DNA of 64,000 nucleotides, taken from the NCBI GenBank assembly GCA_029261065.1, contig JAJDCB010000006.1, forward strand, positions 284 to 64,283, given 5' to 3'. This DNA is from Candidatus Omnitrophota bacterium. GTDB taxonomy: Bacteria; Omnitrophota; Gorgyraeia; Zapsychrales; Zapsychraceae. Made by a program: the position numbers and the translations under genes. The notes under the pieces are model-generated. The model saw nothing but the letters and a program-made list of their open reading frames with translations, ran no database searches and was not told the origin of the DNA. The number at the start of each line of letters is the position of its first letter. Positions within the stretch are counted from its first letter, which is position 1. Below, piece after piece: positions 27,462 to 36,768 of the stretch.

Positions 27462-27685
27462 TTAATGGCTTTTGTAAAGGGTTATAAGGCCATGAAATTG
27501 AGTAGTTTTACTTACCCTAATCTTAGTATCGCTTAACGTCGTTTCTTTCAGTTTTTCAACATTAGTATCTTTCAATGACTTTATTTTGTCTTTAAAGAAA
27601 TCCCACCCAGCAAAAACATATGTTGTAGGAAGTAATATGAATAATCCCAACAGAATCAAAAACGTATATTTATCAACATAACCAT
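27462..27685 (-). pseudogene. Frameshifted, truncated paralogue of the DUF4197-like gene at 37962
   Basis: AAGGAGG RBS; ATG..CGTTTTTGA needs one extra T to read MLINIRFLILLGLF...FAGWDFFKDK...LSDTKI, matching FAGFDWLKKK...LSETKI of 37962..38747; similarity stops after TKI. Confidence 0.7.
27499..27514. promoter_or_regulatory. Palindromic box upstream of the kinase gene (regulon site 6, possible autoregulation)
   Basis: TGAGTA-gttt-TACTTA; a weaker TATAGT-gttg-TACTTA at 27433-27448. Confidence 0.55.
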
Positions 27686-27787
27686 CCCACCTCCTTTTCT
27701 TTATGCCTCACCCTTTAGATCTTATTTACTTCAAAGAATGACCAATAATGTTGAAAATCTTCATTTTCTCATTAAAATAGAGATATC

Positions 27788-29920
27788 ATGTCTTCTCCCC
27801 CCTCAAAAGTCCTTTTAAAAATATTGAATATCATTAAGATGCTTCCAAAAGAAATCTGGGCATTTCTTGCTCTCACTTTGTTAAGCTTTCTATTTCTTCT
27901 TTCCTATGTCAATTTAACACCAGTGGTTGATGATGACTTCTTTTTTTCAAGCCAAGATGCCCAATTTAAATCCGAACATGAAATTGACAAACTTTTTCTT
28001 CGCAAAGATACACAACTTATTATCTCCGCATCAGGAGATATTTATGAACCCACATATATAGAGAAGGTTCGTGAATTAAGTCAGACCGTTCTTGATATTG
28101 AAGGTGTCATTAGTGTAAATAGCCTCACTCACTTTGGCCCCAAAAATGTTGATGATGCCCTAGCCTCCCCCCTATGGAAACGCCTTATCATCTCGGATGA
28201 TCAAAAGTCTTCTAATTTAATTATTCTCTTAGAAGAAAAACATCAAAGTCTCATCGTTAACAAAATTGAAACGCTCCTCAAAGAAAAATCCGCTCAAGAT
28301 TTCGAACTACATGCCGCCGGCCTTCCCTATGTTATCGAATTAATTCGTCGCAATTTAACACGCGATCTAAAAGTCTTTAGCTTACTCGCCTTTCTTATTT
28401 TCGGTTGCATCATTTTTAGCCTCTTTCGCTCAAAGGCTATTCTTTGCGGAACACTACTCTCTTGTCTTAACGCCTGTATCTGGACATACATGCTCACTTC
28501 ATTAACAAATATTCCGATCGGTTTATTGACAGCAACACTTGGAACCATAATCTTTATCATGACATTATCACACATCATTTTTTTGACATACAATTGGCGA
28601 AAGGCTATGCACGCACAAAATAATGATGCGGTAAACTTTGCCATAAAACGCACATTTCCACCTTCCTTTTGGAGCATGTTTACAACAATGCTTGGATTCT
28701 TAAGCCTAATGTCTGTGCCCGCCAAGCCTTTACGTGATTTAGGGGCATCTGGGGTTATCGGATGCCTTGTCACGATCTTTGTCGCCTACGCTTTTTTCCC
28801 GGCCTTCTTAAAAGTGGCAAAACTTCATATCAAAAAAGAAAGTAAAATTGAGAAGGGCCAATTCAATCTATTTCATTTCTTCTGTGATCATAATCAAGCG
28901 ATCAAAATTATTATATTTGTTGCCTGCTTTCTAGCACTTCCTGGTGTTTGGATGATTGACTCTGATCCTAGTCTTCTTTCCTATTTCTCAAAGAAAAGCG
29001 AAATTCATCAAGGATTTTCGTATATCGATCGTAACGGTGGTAGCAGTCCTCTCATCCTTGTAATCAAATCAAAAGATGATCTACCTTTAACAGCGGCTCA
29101 ACCTTATCAAAAAATGTGGGATTTACAAACGGCATTAGAACAACATCGTTCGGTAGGATCGGTTATTTCTTTACCCGTTCTCATTGCTCAAGCCGAGAAA
29201 AATACTCTTGGCTGGATTCTTCCAAGAAATATGCTTCTTAATGCATTAACTTCCCCTGATTACGATGAGATTGCAAAAAGTTTTGTAACAGATGATCGGC
29301 TCCATGGACTTTATCTTCTGCGTATGAATGAAAAGTATCGGACACTCTCGCGTGTTGACATCGTTGAAGAAATTAAGGAAGTGGCGCGCGTACACAACTT
29401 CGTACCAGAAATTGTAGGTGGCGTTTATAACTTACAAGGGCACCTTGCCAAACTTGTTCACTCCAGTCTTATCCTCGGCATTGGCAAACTTCTCATTTTC
29501 TTTGGCATCATTGTTTTTCTCATCTCCCGCTCAATTTCAATTACTCTTGGTGTTGTATCAAGCATAACAATCATCCCGTTGACCGTCTTTGGCCTCATCG
29601 GCATATATCGTGTTCCCTTAGATATCGTAGCCGCCCCTGCCTGCAGTGTAGCCATCGCCATGGGGGTTGATGCTATGATTCATATGATTCAAAGTTATAG
29701 GCATCTTAAAGACTGGAATAAGGTTCTTGAAGAAATATGGCAGCCTGTGCTAACCGCCTTACTGGTCGTCTGTACCGGATTCTCTATTTTCCTCTGTTCA
29801 ACTTTCCCCCCCACCCAACGCTTTGGAACAATCATTCTCGTTGGATCATTCCTGGCTGGATTAATCGCCCTTTTTATTATGCCGATGTTATCTCAACTGT
29901 TTGCCCGCCATAACAAATAA
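27788..29920 (+). CDS. MMPL/RND superfamily exporter
   Basis: Two repeats of TM + periplasmic loop + 5 TM; FTTMLGFLSL, AMGVDAMIH, GFSIFLCSTFPPTQRFG. Confidence 0.85.
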   Translation: MSSPPSKVLLKILNIIKMLPKEIWAFLALTLLSFLFLLSYVNLTPVVDDDFFFSSQDAQFKSEHEIDKLFLRKDTQLIISASGDIYEPTYIEKVRELSQTVLDIEGVISVNSLTHFGPKNVDDALASPLWKRLIISDDQKSSNLIILLEEKHQSLIVNKIETLLKEKSAQDFELHAAGLPYVIELIRRNLTRDLKVFSLLAFLIFGCIIFSLFRSKAILCGTLLSCLNACIWTYMLTSLTNIPIGLLTATLGTIIFIMTLSHIIFLTYNWRKAMHAQNNDAVNFAIKRTFPPSFWSMFTTMLGFLSLMSVPAKPLRDLGASGVIGCLVTIFVAYAFFPAFLKVAKLHIKKESKIEKGQFNLFHFFCDHNQAIKIIIFVACFLALPGVWMIDSDPSLLSYFSKKSEIHQGFSYIDRNGGSSPLILVIKSKDDLPLTAAQPYQKMWDLQTALEQHRSVGSVISLPVLIAQAEKNTLGWILPRNMLLNALTSPDYDEIAKSFVTDDRLHGLYLLRMNEKYRTLSRVDIVEEIKEVARVHNFVPEIVGGVYNLQGHLAKLVHSSLILGIGKLLIFFGIIVFLISRSISITLGVVSSITIIPLTVFGLIGIYRVPLDIVAAPACSVAIAMGVDAMIHMIQSYRHLKDWNKVLEEIWQPVLTALLVVCTGFSIFLCSTFPPTQRFGTIILVGSFLAGLIALFIMPMLSQLFARHNK

Positions 29921-29936
29921 TAAAATCCTTTCATTT

Positions 29937-29999
29937 TTTACATTTTTTTTACATCTTTTTACCTCCCTCTGACAACTCACATTTTATATTGGCTATACT
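29937..29999 (+). promoter_or_regulatory. OmpR/PhoB-type direct-repeat array and -10 box
   Basis: TTTACA 29937, TTTACA 29948, TTTACC 29958, CTGACA 29969 (10-11 bp period); TATACT 29994-29999. Confidence 0.55.
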
Positions 30000-30041
30000 C
30001 AAATTGTGAGACAAATACAAACCGTTAAAAGGAGAAAAAAG

Positions 30042-32174
30042 ATGAAAATCCAAACATCAACCAAACTGCTTCTTGTGATTGCCGCCTTACTTACTGGGCT
30101 TTCACAAAATGAAGCCTTTGCCGGGCAAACAACACGAATTGATTTCCAGCAAAGAATGAACAACAAAAGTGTACAATTCGAACCCTACCACCAATTGGCC
30201 CAACCCCAAAATCAAGTAAAAAACAACGCCGAGGTAAAAATCTTGCACTTCGACAATTCTGCTTACGTTATCCACGATGCCAAATATACGGCAAGTCTTG
30301 ATGAAGACGTTGTGACTGTAAATGGAAAAGTTACCTTTGAAACGTTCCGCAAAAAAGGCATAACCTTAATTCCTATTGTAGACACTCAAGTAGGATTAAT
30401 GGATGTCAAACTTAATAGAGGTAAAGCGACTGTCACATCAAAAAATAAGCAGTATTACCTTATTGTTCAAAAGCCGGGTAAACATGTCTTGGAAGTTGAA
30501 TATTTAAAGAAGGCCATTCGTGAAGAAAAACATGGCCCAGGTAATTTTAATATTTCTGTACTGCCTGCCCCTATTTCACAATTTGAAATGGTCATTCCAG
30601 AAAAAGAAGTACAAATCATTGTTGATCCTGCGATAAAAACAGAAACAGAACGAACCGAAAATAAAACAACAGCTTGGGCTATCTTACCGAATACGCAAAA
30701 TATTGCTGTACATTGGACACGCGCCCTACCTCAAGATGAACTCGAAGAAGAAGAACAAGATCCAAAAATCTATGTCGAAACAACAACACACGCAGCTGTT
30801 GGTGGTGGTGTCATTCGTAGCATTGCTCATATTAGCTACTCTATTTTGCAAGCCCCTGTGTCAAGCTTTCGTATAGCAATGCCTGCAGATGTCAGTATTT
30901 TGGATGTCAAGGGAATGGATTTACGTGATTGGAGAAGTAAAAAATCTGGCAATAAACAAATTCTTGAAGTACTCCTCAATATGGAACGCAAAGGATCTTA
31001 TGCGTTAAACCTAACCTATGAACGAGCCATCAAAGAAGGCTCCTCTGTTGCTCAAATGCCGTGGACTAAGGCCCTTGGTGCTAAACGTGAAAATGGATTT
31101 TATGGTATTTCAGCAAGTACGAATGTGGAGTTGACTATTGAAGAAGCTAAACGTGCAACAAAGATAGATGCCCGTCAATTGCCATCAACATATTCTAGCC
31201 TCTCTAATCAACCTGCTTTACTGGCCTTTAAATACTTAAATCATCCCTTTGAAGTTGCCATTGAAATTACCCGACATGAAGAATTACCCGTCTTGATTGC
31301 AGCTGTGGATCAAGCTGACCATTTAACCTTACACACACAAGATGGAAAAATATTAACGAAGTCCATTTACCATATTAGAAATAATGTTAAGCAATATCTT
31401 CGCCTAACCATGCCAGAAGGGTCCAGCATTTGGAGTGCTTACGTTGCGGGTAAGCCTGTTAAGCCTGCACAAGATCAAAAAGGACACGTTCTCATTCCTT
31501 TAAAAAAATCACAACAAACACAACAAAACATCAGAAGTTACCCAGTCGAAATTGTGTATCTAAATAAAGGAAATGAAATGAGCTCCATGGGAAAGCTGGA
31601 TCTCGATTTACCTAAAATTGATATTCCCATTAATGCCTTTTATTGGTCCGTCTATTTTCCACATGACTATCTCTATTACAAATTTAGTGGTGATTTAAAA
31701 GAAATTGATGATGCCAGCCACCCATTCGCCGCTGTTAGCAATTTTGTATCTCAAGGCAATGTCTTTAATAATTACGTTAGCCGTGGTGTTCAAGGTCGTT
31801 TAAAATCCGCGACAGATGACATCGGCCAACAATTTGATCCTGGAAACACAAGTGGTGTCCTAGTCTCAAGAAAAAACTCTTATGCTTCGCAGTCAACTGT
31901 ATCAAAGGGTGTTCTTCCCATCAAAATTAATGTTCCTCGGGATGGACAACTGTATCAATTTTCCAAACTACTCGTAATTGAAGGAGAAAGCCCTCACCTC
32001 AGTGTAAAATATTCCTCCTTTTTTGCAAAGGCCTGGAAGCTGCTTATTCCTTTTTTAGCTTGCATGATCGTTGTGCTTATTTTTATAAAGATATATATGT
32101 TTATTTATAAGCCAAAAAAGAAGAAAAACAAAACAACCACTAAAGAGCAAACACATGATGAAAGGACAGTATAA
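30042..32174 (+). CDS. Large exported beta-rich hypothetical protein with a C-terminal membrane anchor
   Basis: ATG 30042 with AAGGAG RBS; signal peptide ending AFA; C-terminal TM followed by KPKKKKNK. Confidence 0.75.
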   Translation: MKIQTSTKLLLVIAALLTGLSQNEAFAGQTTRIDFQQRMNNKSVQFEPYHQLAQPQNQVKNNAEVKILHFDNSAYVIHDAKYTASLDEDVVTVNGKVTFETFRKKGITLIPIVDTQVGLMDVKLNRGKATVTSKNKQYYLIVQKPGKHVLEVEYLKKAIREEKHGPGNFNISVLPAPISQFEMVIPEKEVQIIVDPAIKTETERTENKTTAWAILPNTQNIAVHWTRALPQDELEEEEQDPKIYVETTTHAAVGGGVIRSIAHISYSILQAPVSSFRIAMPADVSILDVKGMDLRDWRSKKSGNKQILEVLLNMERKGSYALNLTYERAIKEGSSVAQMPWTKALGAKRENGFYGISASTNVELTIEEAKRATKIDARQLPSTYSSLSNQPALLAFKYLNHPFEVAIEITRHEELPVLIAAVDQADHLTLHTQDGKILTKSIYHIRNNVKQYLRLTMPEGSSIWSAYVAGKPVKPAQDQKGHVLIPLKKSQQTQQNIRSYPVEIVYLNKGNEMSSMGKLDLDLPKIDIPINAFYWSVYFPHDYLYYKFSGDLKEIDDASHPFAAVSNFVSQGNVFNNYVSRGVQGRLKSATDDIGQQFDPGNTSGVLVSRKNSYASQSTVSKGVLPIKINVPRDGQLYQFSKLLVIEGESPHLSVKYSSFFAKAWKLLIPFLACMIVVLIFIKIYMFIYKPKKKKNKTTTKEQTHDERTV

Positions 32175-32239
32175 ATTTTGGTTACATGCTATTAAACGGG
32201 TTTTAATATTTACAGCCCTTATAGTGTTTAACTCATAAC

Positions 32240-32339
32240 TTCTAGAGCTATTATGACACGGTCTAAATCTTTACAATTAAATTTTAACCTTGCGAGAGGC
32301 TTGCCAAAGAATATGATCAGTGTGATAATAGCTCTAGAA
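32240..32339. repeat. 20-bp inverted repeat (1 mismatch) flanking a 60-bp spacer that carries a -35 box
   Basis: TTCTAGAGCTATTATGACAC 32240-32259 / GTGTGATAATAGCTCTAGAA 32320-32339. Confidence 0.85.
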
Positions 32340-32368
32340 AATCTTAACAGTAGAATCAAAGAAGACCC

Positions 32369-34240
32369 ATGAATCCAAAACATATGAAATTCCGACTTTG
32401 GCTTATTTTTGCCTTAGTTATCGTTGTTCCAAGCTTTGTTTTAAGCTTCCTAGCCTTAAGAACAAACCTTGTGGAAGAAGCCGTTATTGAAAAACAACTG
32501 GAAGAAATCGTGGATAAAGAACTACAAAATATTACCTCTATTGTTAAAGATGAACTTAAAAAAATTGAAACGGAATTAGTATCCCTTTTAGAATCAGCTT
32601 TTCATTCAAAAGAAAAGCTTAATCTTATCTCTCAACGATCAAGACTCATCGATATTCCATTTTTTTTAAATACTCAAAAAGACATTCTTTGGCCTAATCG
32701 GTCCCAAACTCTAACGGCTGATGACGAAAAATTCCTAAAATGGCATCGGGAATTTTTTAAAGATAAAGAATCAACTCCTGTATTTAAAAATATCGCTTTT
32801 GTATACAAAGACATTATTTTAGAAGAAACCTATGCCAGCTCCTCCTATATTGGAAGAAAGTTAAATAGCGTCAAAAATTCAAAAGCACCCGTTGATGATA
32901 TTGAAAATCAATTAGCCTTACAACAATTTGAATCTGATGTCCGTGTCCGATCAAAAGTTTATAAAAAGGCCAGAATGGATAAACAGCAACTGGCTACGCG
33001 AAATGTTGAATCAACGAAAGGCTTCGGGCAACAGAAAAGATACAATCAGAAATTTCAGCCGCGACAATCAAAGTTTGTGTCTGAAGCTGTTTTATTCAGT
33101 GACATTATTAGTCAAAGTAACTCAGGCATTATCCCTAAATTGGTTGAGGAAAGATTGCAGCTTTTGTTCTGGAGTAAAAATCAAAAAGGAGAAATCGTTG
33201 GTTGCATCATTAACCGAGAAGAAATGATCGAGCATATTGTTAAAATGTTACCCGATGCCCAAATCTATTCTAAGGAACGCATCATAACGATCCTTGATGA
33301 GCTTGGTCAACCTCTCATCGCTCCCAAAGAAGGCGTTAAACATGATTGGCGCTCTCCTTTTATTGCTCATGAGCTTAGCGTCTATTTACCCCATTGGGAG
33401 GTGGCCGCTTACTTAACAGATCCAAATTCTATTTTAACGCGGGCGAATACAAAAGTTATCTTAATCGGTTTTGTCGTCTATGGACTTGTTCTCTCTATTG
33501 TGATGGGGGGCATTTTTGTTTTACGATCCATGTATGAACAAGTTCTTTTAGCCCAACAAAAAACAACATTTGTCGCAAACGTCTCTCATGAATTAAAAAC
33601 GCCTCTCACCTCCATCCGCATGTTTGCAGAGATGTTAAAAGAAAATCGTCAACCTGATGAGAAAAAACGTCGGCACTATCTGGATATTATGGTTTCAGAG
33701 TCCGAACGTCTGACAAGGCTTATCAATAATGTCTTAGATTTTGCATCATTAGGACAAAAAAATAAAAGATATCATTTTGCTATCGTTGATATTGTTGAAC
33801 TTTGTAAAGACGTTGTAGAAGGTCAACGTCCTCGCTTAGAACATAATGGCTTTCAAATCACTTTCAAATCTCGTCATAAACACTTAGAAATTTCTGTTGA
33901 TTCTGAGTCCATAAAACAAGTTTTATTGAATCTGTTAAGTAATGCCGAAAATTATTCTGATGATGAAAAAAGCATCGAACTCGAGATAGATGATGATGAT
34001 AAAGATGTATATATTTACGTTAAAGATCTTGGCATTGGAATATCTTCCAAATTTAAAGACAAAATATTTGATGAATTTTATCGCGTTGATGATCAGTTAA
34101 CGTCCAGAAAAAGTGGGACGGGACTTGGATTAACAATTGCCCAAAGGATCATGAAAGATCATCATGGGGCTATCGACTATATATCGCGTGAACAAAAGGG
34201 TAGCATTTTTCGAATCAATATTCCCAAACAAGAGGTTTAG
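32369..34240 (+). CDS. Membrane sensor histidine kinase (HisKA + HATPase)
   Basis: Two TM with a large periplasmic domain; FVANVSHELKTPL; NLLSNA, DLGIG, GTGLGL. Confidence 0.93.
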   Translation: MNPKHMKFRLWLIFALVIVVPSFVLSFLALRTNLVEEAVIEKQLEEIVDKELQNITSIVKDELKKIETELVSLLESAFHSKEKLNLISQRSRLIDIPFFLNTQKDILWPNRSQTLTADDEKFLKWHREFFKDKESTPVFKNIAFVYKDIILEETYASSSYIGRKLNSVKNSKAPVDDIENQLALQQFESDVRVRSKVYKKARMDKQQLATRNVESTKGFGQQKRYNQKFQPRQSKFVSEAVLFSDIISQSNSGIIPKLVEERLQLLFWSKNQKGEIVGCIINREEMIEHIVKMLPDAQIYSKERIITILDELGQPLIAPKEGVKHDWRSPFIAHELSVYLPHWEVAAYLTDPNSILTRANTKVILIGFVVYGLVLSIVMGGIFVLRSMYEQVLLAQQKTTFVANVSHELKTPLTSIRMFAEMLKENRQPDEKKRRHYLDIMVSESERLTRLINNVLDFASLGQKNKRYHFAIVDIVELCKDVVEGQRPRLEHNGFQITFKSRHKHLEISVDSESIKQVLLNLLSNAENYSDDEKSIELEIDDDDKDVYIYVKDLGIGISSKFKDKIFDEFYRVDDQLTSRKSGTGLGLTIAQRIMKDHHGAIDYISREQKGSIFRINIPKQEV

Positions 34241-34242
34241 AT

Positions 34243-34935
34243 ATGGCAACAAAAATATTAGTAATTGAAGATGATGTCTCTATTCTAACGGGCATTGTTG
34301 ATTTATTACATTCTGAAGGTTATGAAACCTATTCTGCAACTAACGGTCAGAAAGGTATTCAAATTTACAAAGATACCTCTCCTGATTTGGTCTTGTTGGA
34401 TATCATGATACCTGAGAAGAGTGGTTACGATGTTTGTCGAGAGATTCGAAAAAAGGATGAACGCATTCCCATTATCATGTTAACGGCTAAAGACCAAGAA
34501 ATTGATAAGGTCGTTGGGCTCGAGGTGGGAGCTGATGATTACGTTGTAAAACCATTTGGTGTAAAAGAATTGTTGGCAAGAATTCGATCGGTCTTACGAA
34601 GATCACAAATAAATCCTATGCTAAAAGAATCTGATGAACCTATTGTCTTTGGGGATGTACGTATTGAACCAAAACTTTTAAAAGGGTTTAAAAAGAAAAA
34701 GGAGTTTGAGATTTCTTTACGTGAAATTCAACTCCTTCGTCTCTTCACTCAATATCCAGATGAGGCTATTGATAGGGCTACAATTTTAGAAAAAATCTGG
34801 GGCATTAGTTATCAAGGAACAACGCGCACCCTTGATCAACATATCGTTAAGTTACGTCAAAAAATCGAAGATGACCCAAGCCAACCAAAATTTATTCAAA
34901 CGGTCCATGGGATTGGATATCGTTTTAAAAAATAA
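34243..34935 (+). CDS. OmpR/PhoB family response regulator
   Basis: VIEDD, LLDIMIP, GADDYVVKPF, TRTLDQHIVKLRQKIE, TVHGIGYRF. Confidence 0.95.
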   Translation: MATKILVIEDDVSILTGIVDLLHSEGYETYSATNGQKGIQIYKDTSPDLVLLDIMIPEKSGYDVCREIRKKDERIPIIMLTAKDQEIDKVVGLEVGADDYVVKPFGVKELLARIRSVLRRSQINPMLKESDEPIVFGDVRIEPKLLKGFKKKKEFEISLREIQLLRLFTQYPDEAIDRATILEKIWGISYQGTTRTLDQHIVKLRQKIEDDPSQPKFIQTVHGIGYRFKK

Positions 34936-34958
34936 AAAAACTCCAGCTAGTTACATCA

Positions 34959-36263
34959 TCACTTTTTATTACTGCGAGAAGCACCCTCAGACTTACTCTT
35001 ATACTTTCGGCCAAAGCTTGGTTTTGTCTTTGAACTGGAGCCAAACCCTCTAGAATTACTTGAAGGTCGACGCCCACCAGGACGTTGTCCTGATTTTGAA
35101 TCACCTTCGACAAATTTAGCATTGGCAAATTTGGGATGCATAGAACGCGGCAACGTTATTTTGATCAGACTTTCAATCTTATCAATATCATGACTTTGTG
35201 TTGGTGTGGCAAATGTCACAGCATGCCCTTCTTTACCCGCACGACCAGTACGACCAATGCGATGCACAAAATTTTCAGCATCGTCAGGCAAGTCATAATT
35301 AACAACCAACTCAATCTTACTAATATCTATCCCACGGGCTGCGATATCGGTAGCAACAAGCACACGATAACGTCCCCGTTTAAAACCATCAATCGCTTGA
35401 TTACGCTGACTCATCGTACGGTTGGAGTGAATCTCAACAACTTTAGCTCCCATAAGTTGAATATTACGTGCAACACGAGAGGCTTTAAGCTTCGTACGCG
35501 TAAAGACAAGCACAGTCCCATGATATTTTTGTAATAACATTTTTATAACATCATTCTTTAATGCTTCTTTAACAATAAAAAGTTCTTGTGAAACATCTTT
35601 CGTGGTTGTCCCCGAAGGAGCAATTTCGATGGTTATGGGTAACTCCATATATTTTGTCGCAAGCTTTAAAATGTCTGGAGGCATTGTCGCTGAAAAAAGC
35701 ATCGTTTGTTGATTGTTTGTCACACAACGCAAGATACTTTTAACCTGTGGTTCAAAACCCATGTCTAACATACGATCCGCTTCATCCAAAACAGTAACAG
35801 CAATATCGCCCAAATCGATCGTGCCTTGATAAATATGGTCATTAAGGCGGCCAGGTGTCGCAATAATCACACTAGGATTTTGTTTAATCGCTGGCATTTG
35901 TAAAGAAATTTTAATGCCGCCAATTAATACCGCACTTCTCATTTTATATGGTACTAATAAAGGGGCTAAGGCATCAGAAACTTGTAAGGCTAATTCGCGG
36001 GTAGGAACCAAAATTAAAGCCTGTCCACCTTCAGAGGCCAGGCGTTGAATGATAGGAATACCAAAGGCCAGGGTTTTCCCTGTTCCTGTTTGGGCGATTC
36101 CCATAATATCTTTACCCTCCAAGGCGCTTGGAATCGCCTGCAGTTGGATGGGGGTAGGTGTAACAAATTTAAGTTTATCTAAAACTTTTAACATATTTGG
36201 GGCAAGACCTAGATGATAAAACCCCGCATTTGATGCACTCATAAAAACTCCATTCTTATTCAC
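34959..36263 (-). CDS. DEAD-box RNA helicase (RhlE-like)
   Basis: Q motif, AQTGTGKT, PTRELA, TPGRL, DEAD, SAT, ARGID, HRIGRTGR; basic disordered tail; start may be ATG 36242. Confidence 0.95.
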   Translation of the reverse strand: MNKNGVFMSASNAGFYHLGLAPNMLKVLDKLKFVTPTPIQLQAIPSALEGKDIMGIAQTGTGKTLAFGIPIIQRLASEGGQALILVPTRELALQVSDALAPLLVPYKMRSAVLIGGIKISLQMPAIKQNPSVIIATPGRLNDHIYQGTIDLGDIAVTVLDEADRMLDMGFEPQVKSILRCVTNNQQTMLFSATMPPDILKLATKYMELPITIEIAPSGTTTKDVSQELFIVKEALKNDVIKMLLQKYHGTVLVFTRTKLKASRVARNIQLMGAKVVEIHSNRTMSQRNQAIDGFKRGRYRVLVATDIAARGIDISKIELVVNYDLPDDAENFVHRIGRTGRAGKEGHAVTFATPTQSHDIDKIESLIKITLPRSMHPKFANAKFVEGDSKSGQRPGGRRPSSNSRGFGSSSKTKPSFGRKYKSKSEGASRSNKK

Positions 36264-36357
36264 TTATCACAAAAATTCTATTTTGATGAAAATGACGGAT
36301 TTATCCGCCTTTTAATTTTTGGGCTGGATCACTACTATTATTAACTGAGAATACAAT

Positions 36358-36579
36358 CTATTTTTTATGCCTAAATTTAATTCTGCCCTTAGTTAAATCA
36401 TATGGTGATAAAGCAACCGTAACCTTATCTCCAGGTAAAATCTTAATAAAAAACTTCCTCATCTTTCCTGCGGGGTAGGCGGTCACGATATGACCGTTTT
36501 GAATTTCAACAGAAAATTTAGCATTGGATAATGCTTTGATAATAACCCCCTCAACTTCTATAGCTTCTTCTTTTGACAT
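36358..36579 (-). CDS. infA: Translation initiation factor IF-1
   Basis: [11 protein letters not shown]...[30 protein letters not shown]. Confidence 0.97.
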   Translation of the reverse strand: MSKEEAIEVEGVIIKALSNAKFSVEIQNGHIVTAYPAGKMRKFFIKILPGDKVTVALSPYDLTKGRIKFRHKK

Positions 36580-36617
36580 ATGTGTTTTCTCTTTTAAAAG
36601 ATTCCTTTTTGCTTGTT

Positions 36618-36695
36618 TTACTTTTTATTTTTATTATCTTTAGATTTTTTCTGGTCTTTTCTTTTGTCTTTGTCTTTTTTACCTTTATCTCCCAT
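36618..36695 (-). CDS. 25-aa Lys/Asp-rich microprotein (not in the ORF track)
   Basis: AAAGGAGG RBS then [25 protein letters not shown]. Confidence 0.65.
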   Translation of the reverse strand: MGDKGKKDKDKRKDQKKSKDNKNKK

Positions 36696-36768
36696 GAAAA
36701 CCCTCCTTTATATTACATCCAGTTTCTCTCATGATTTATTCATATAAACCATTCAAAACAAACAACTT

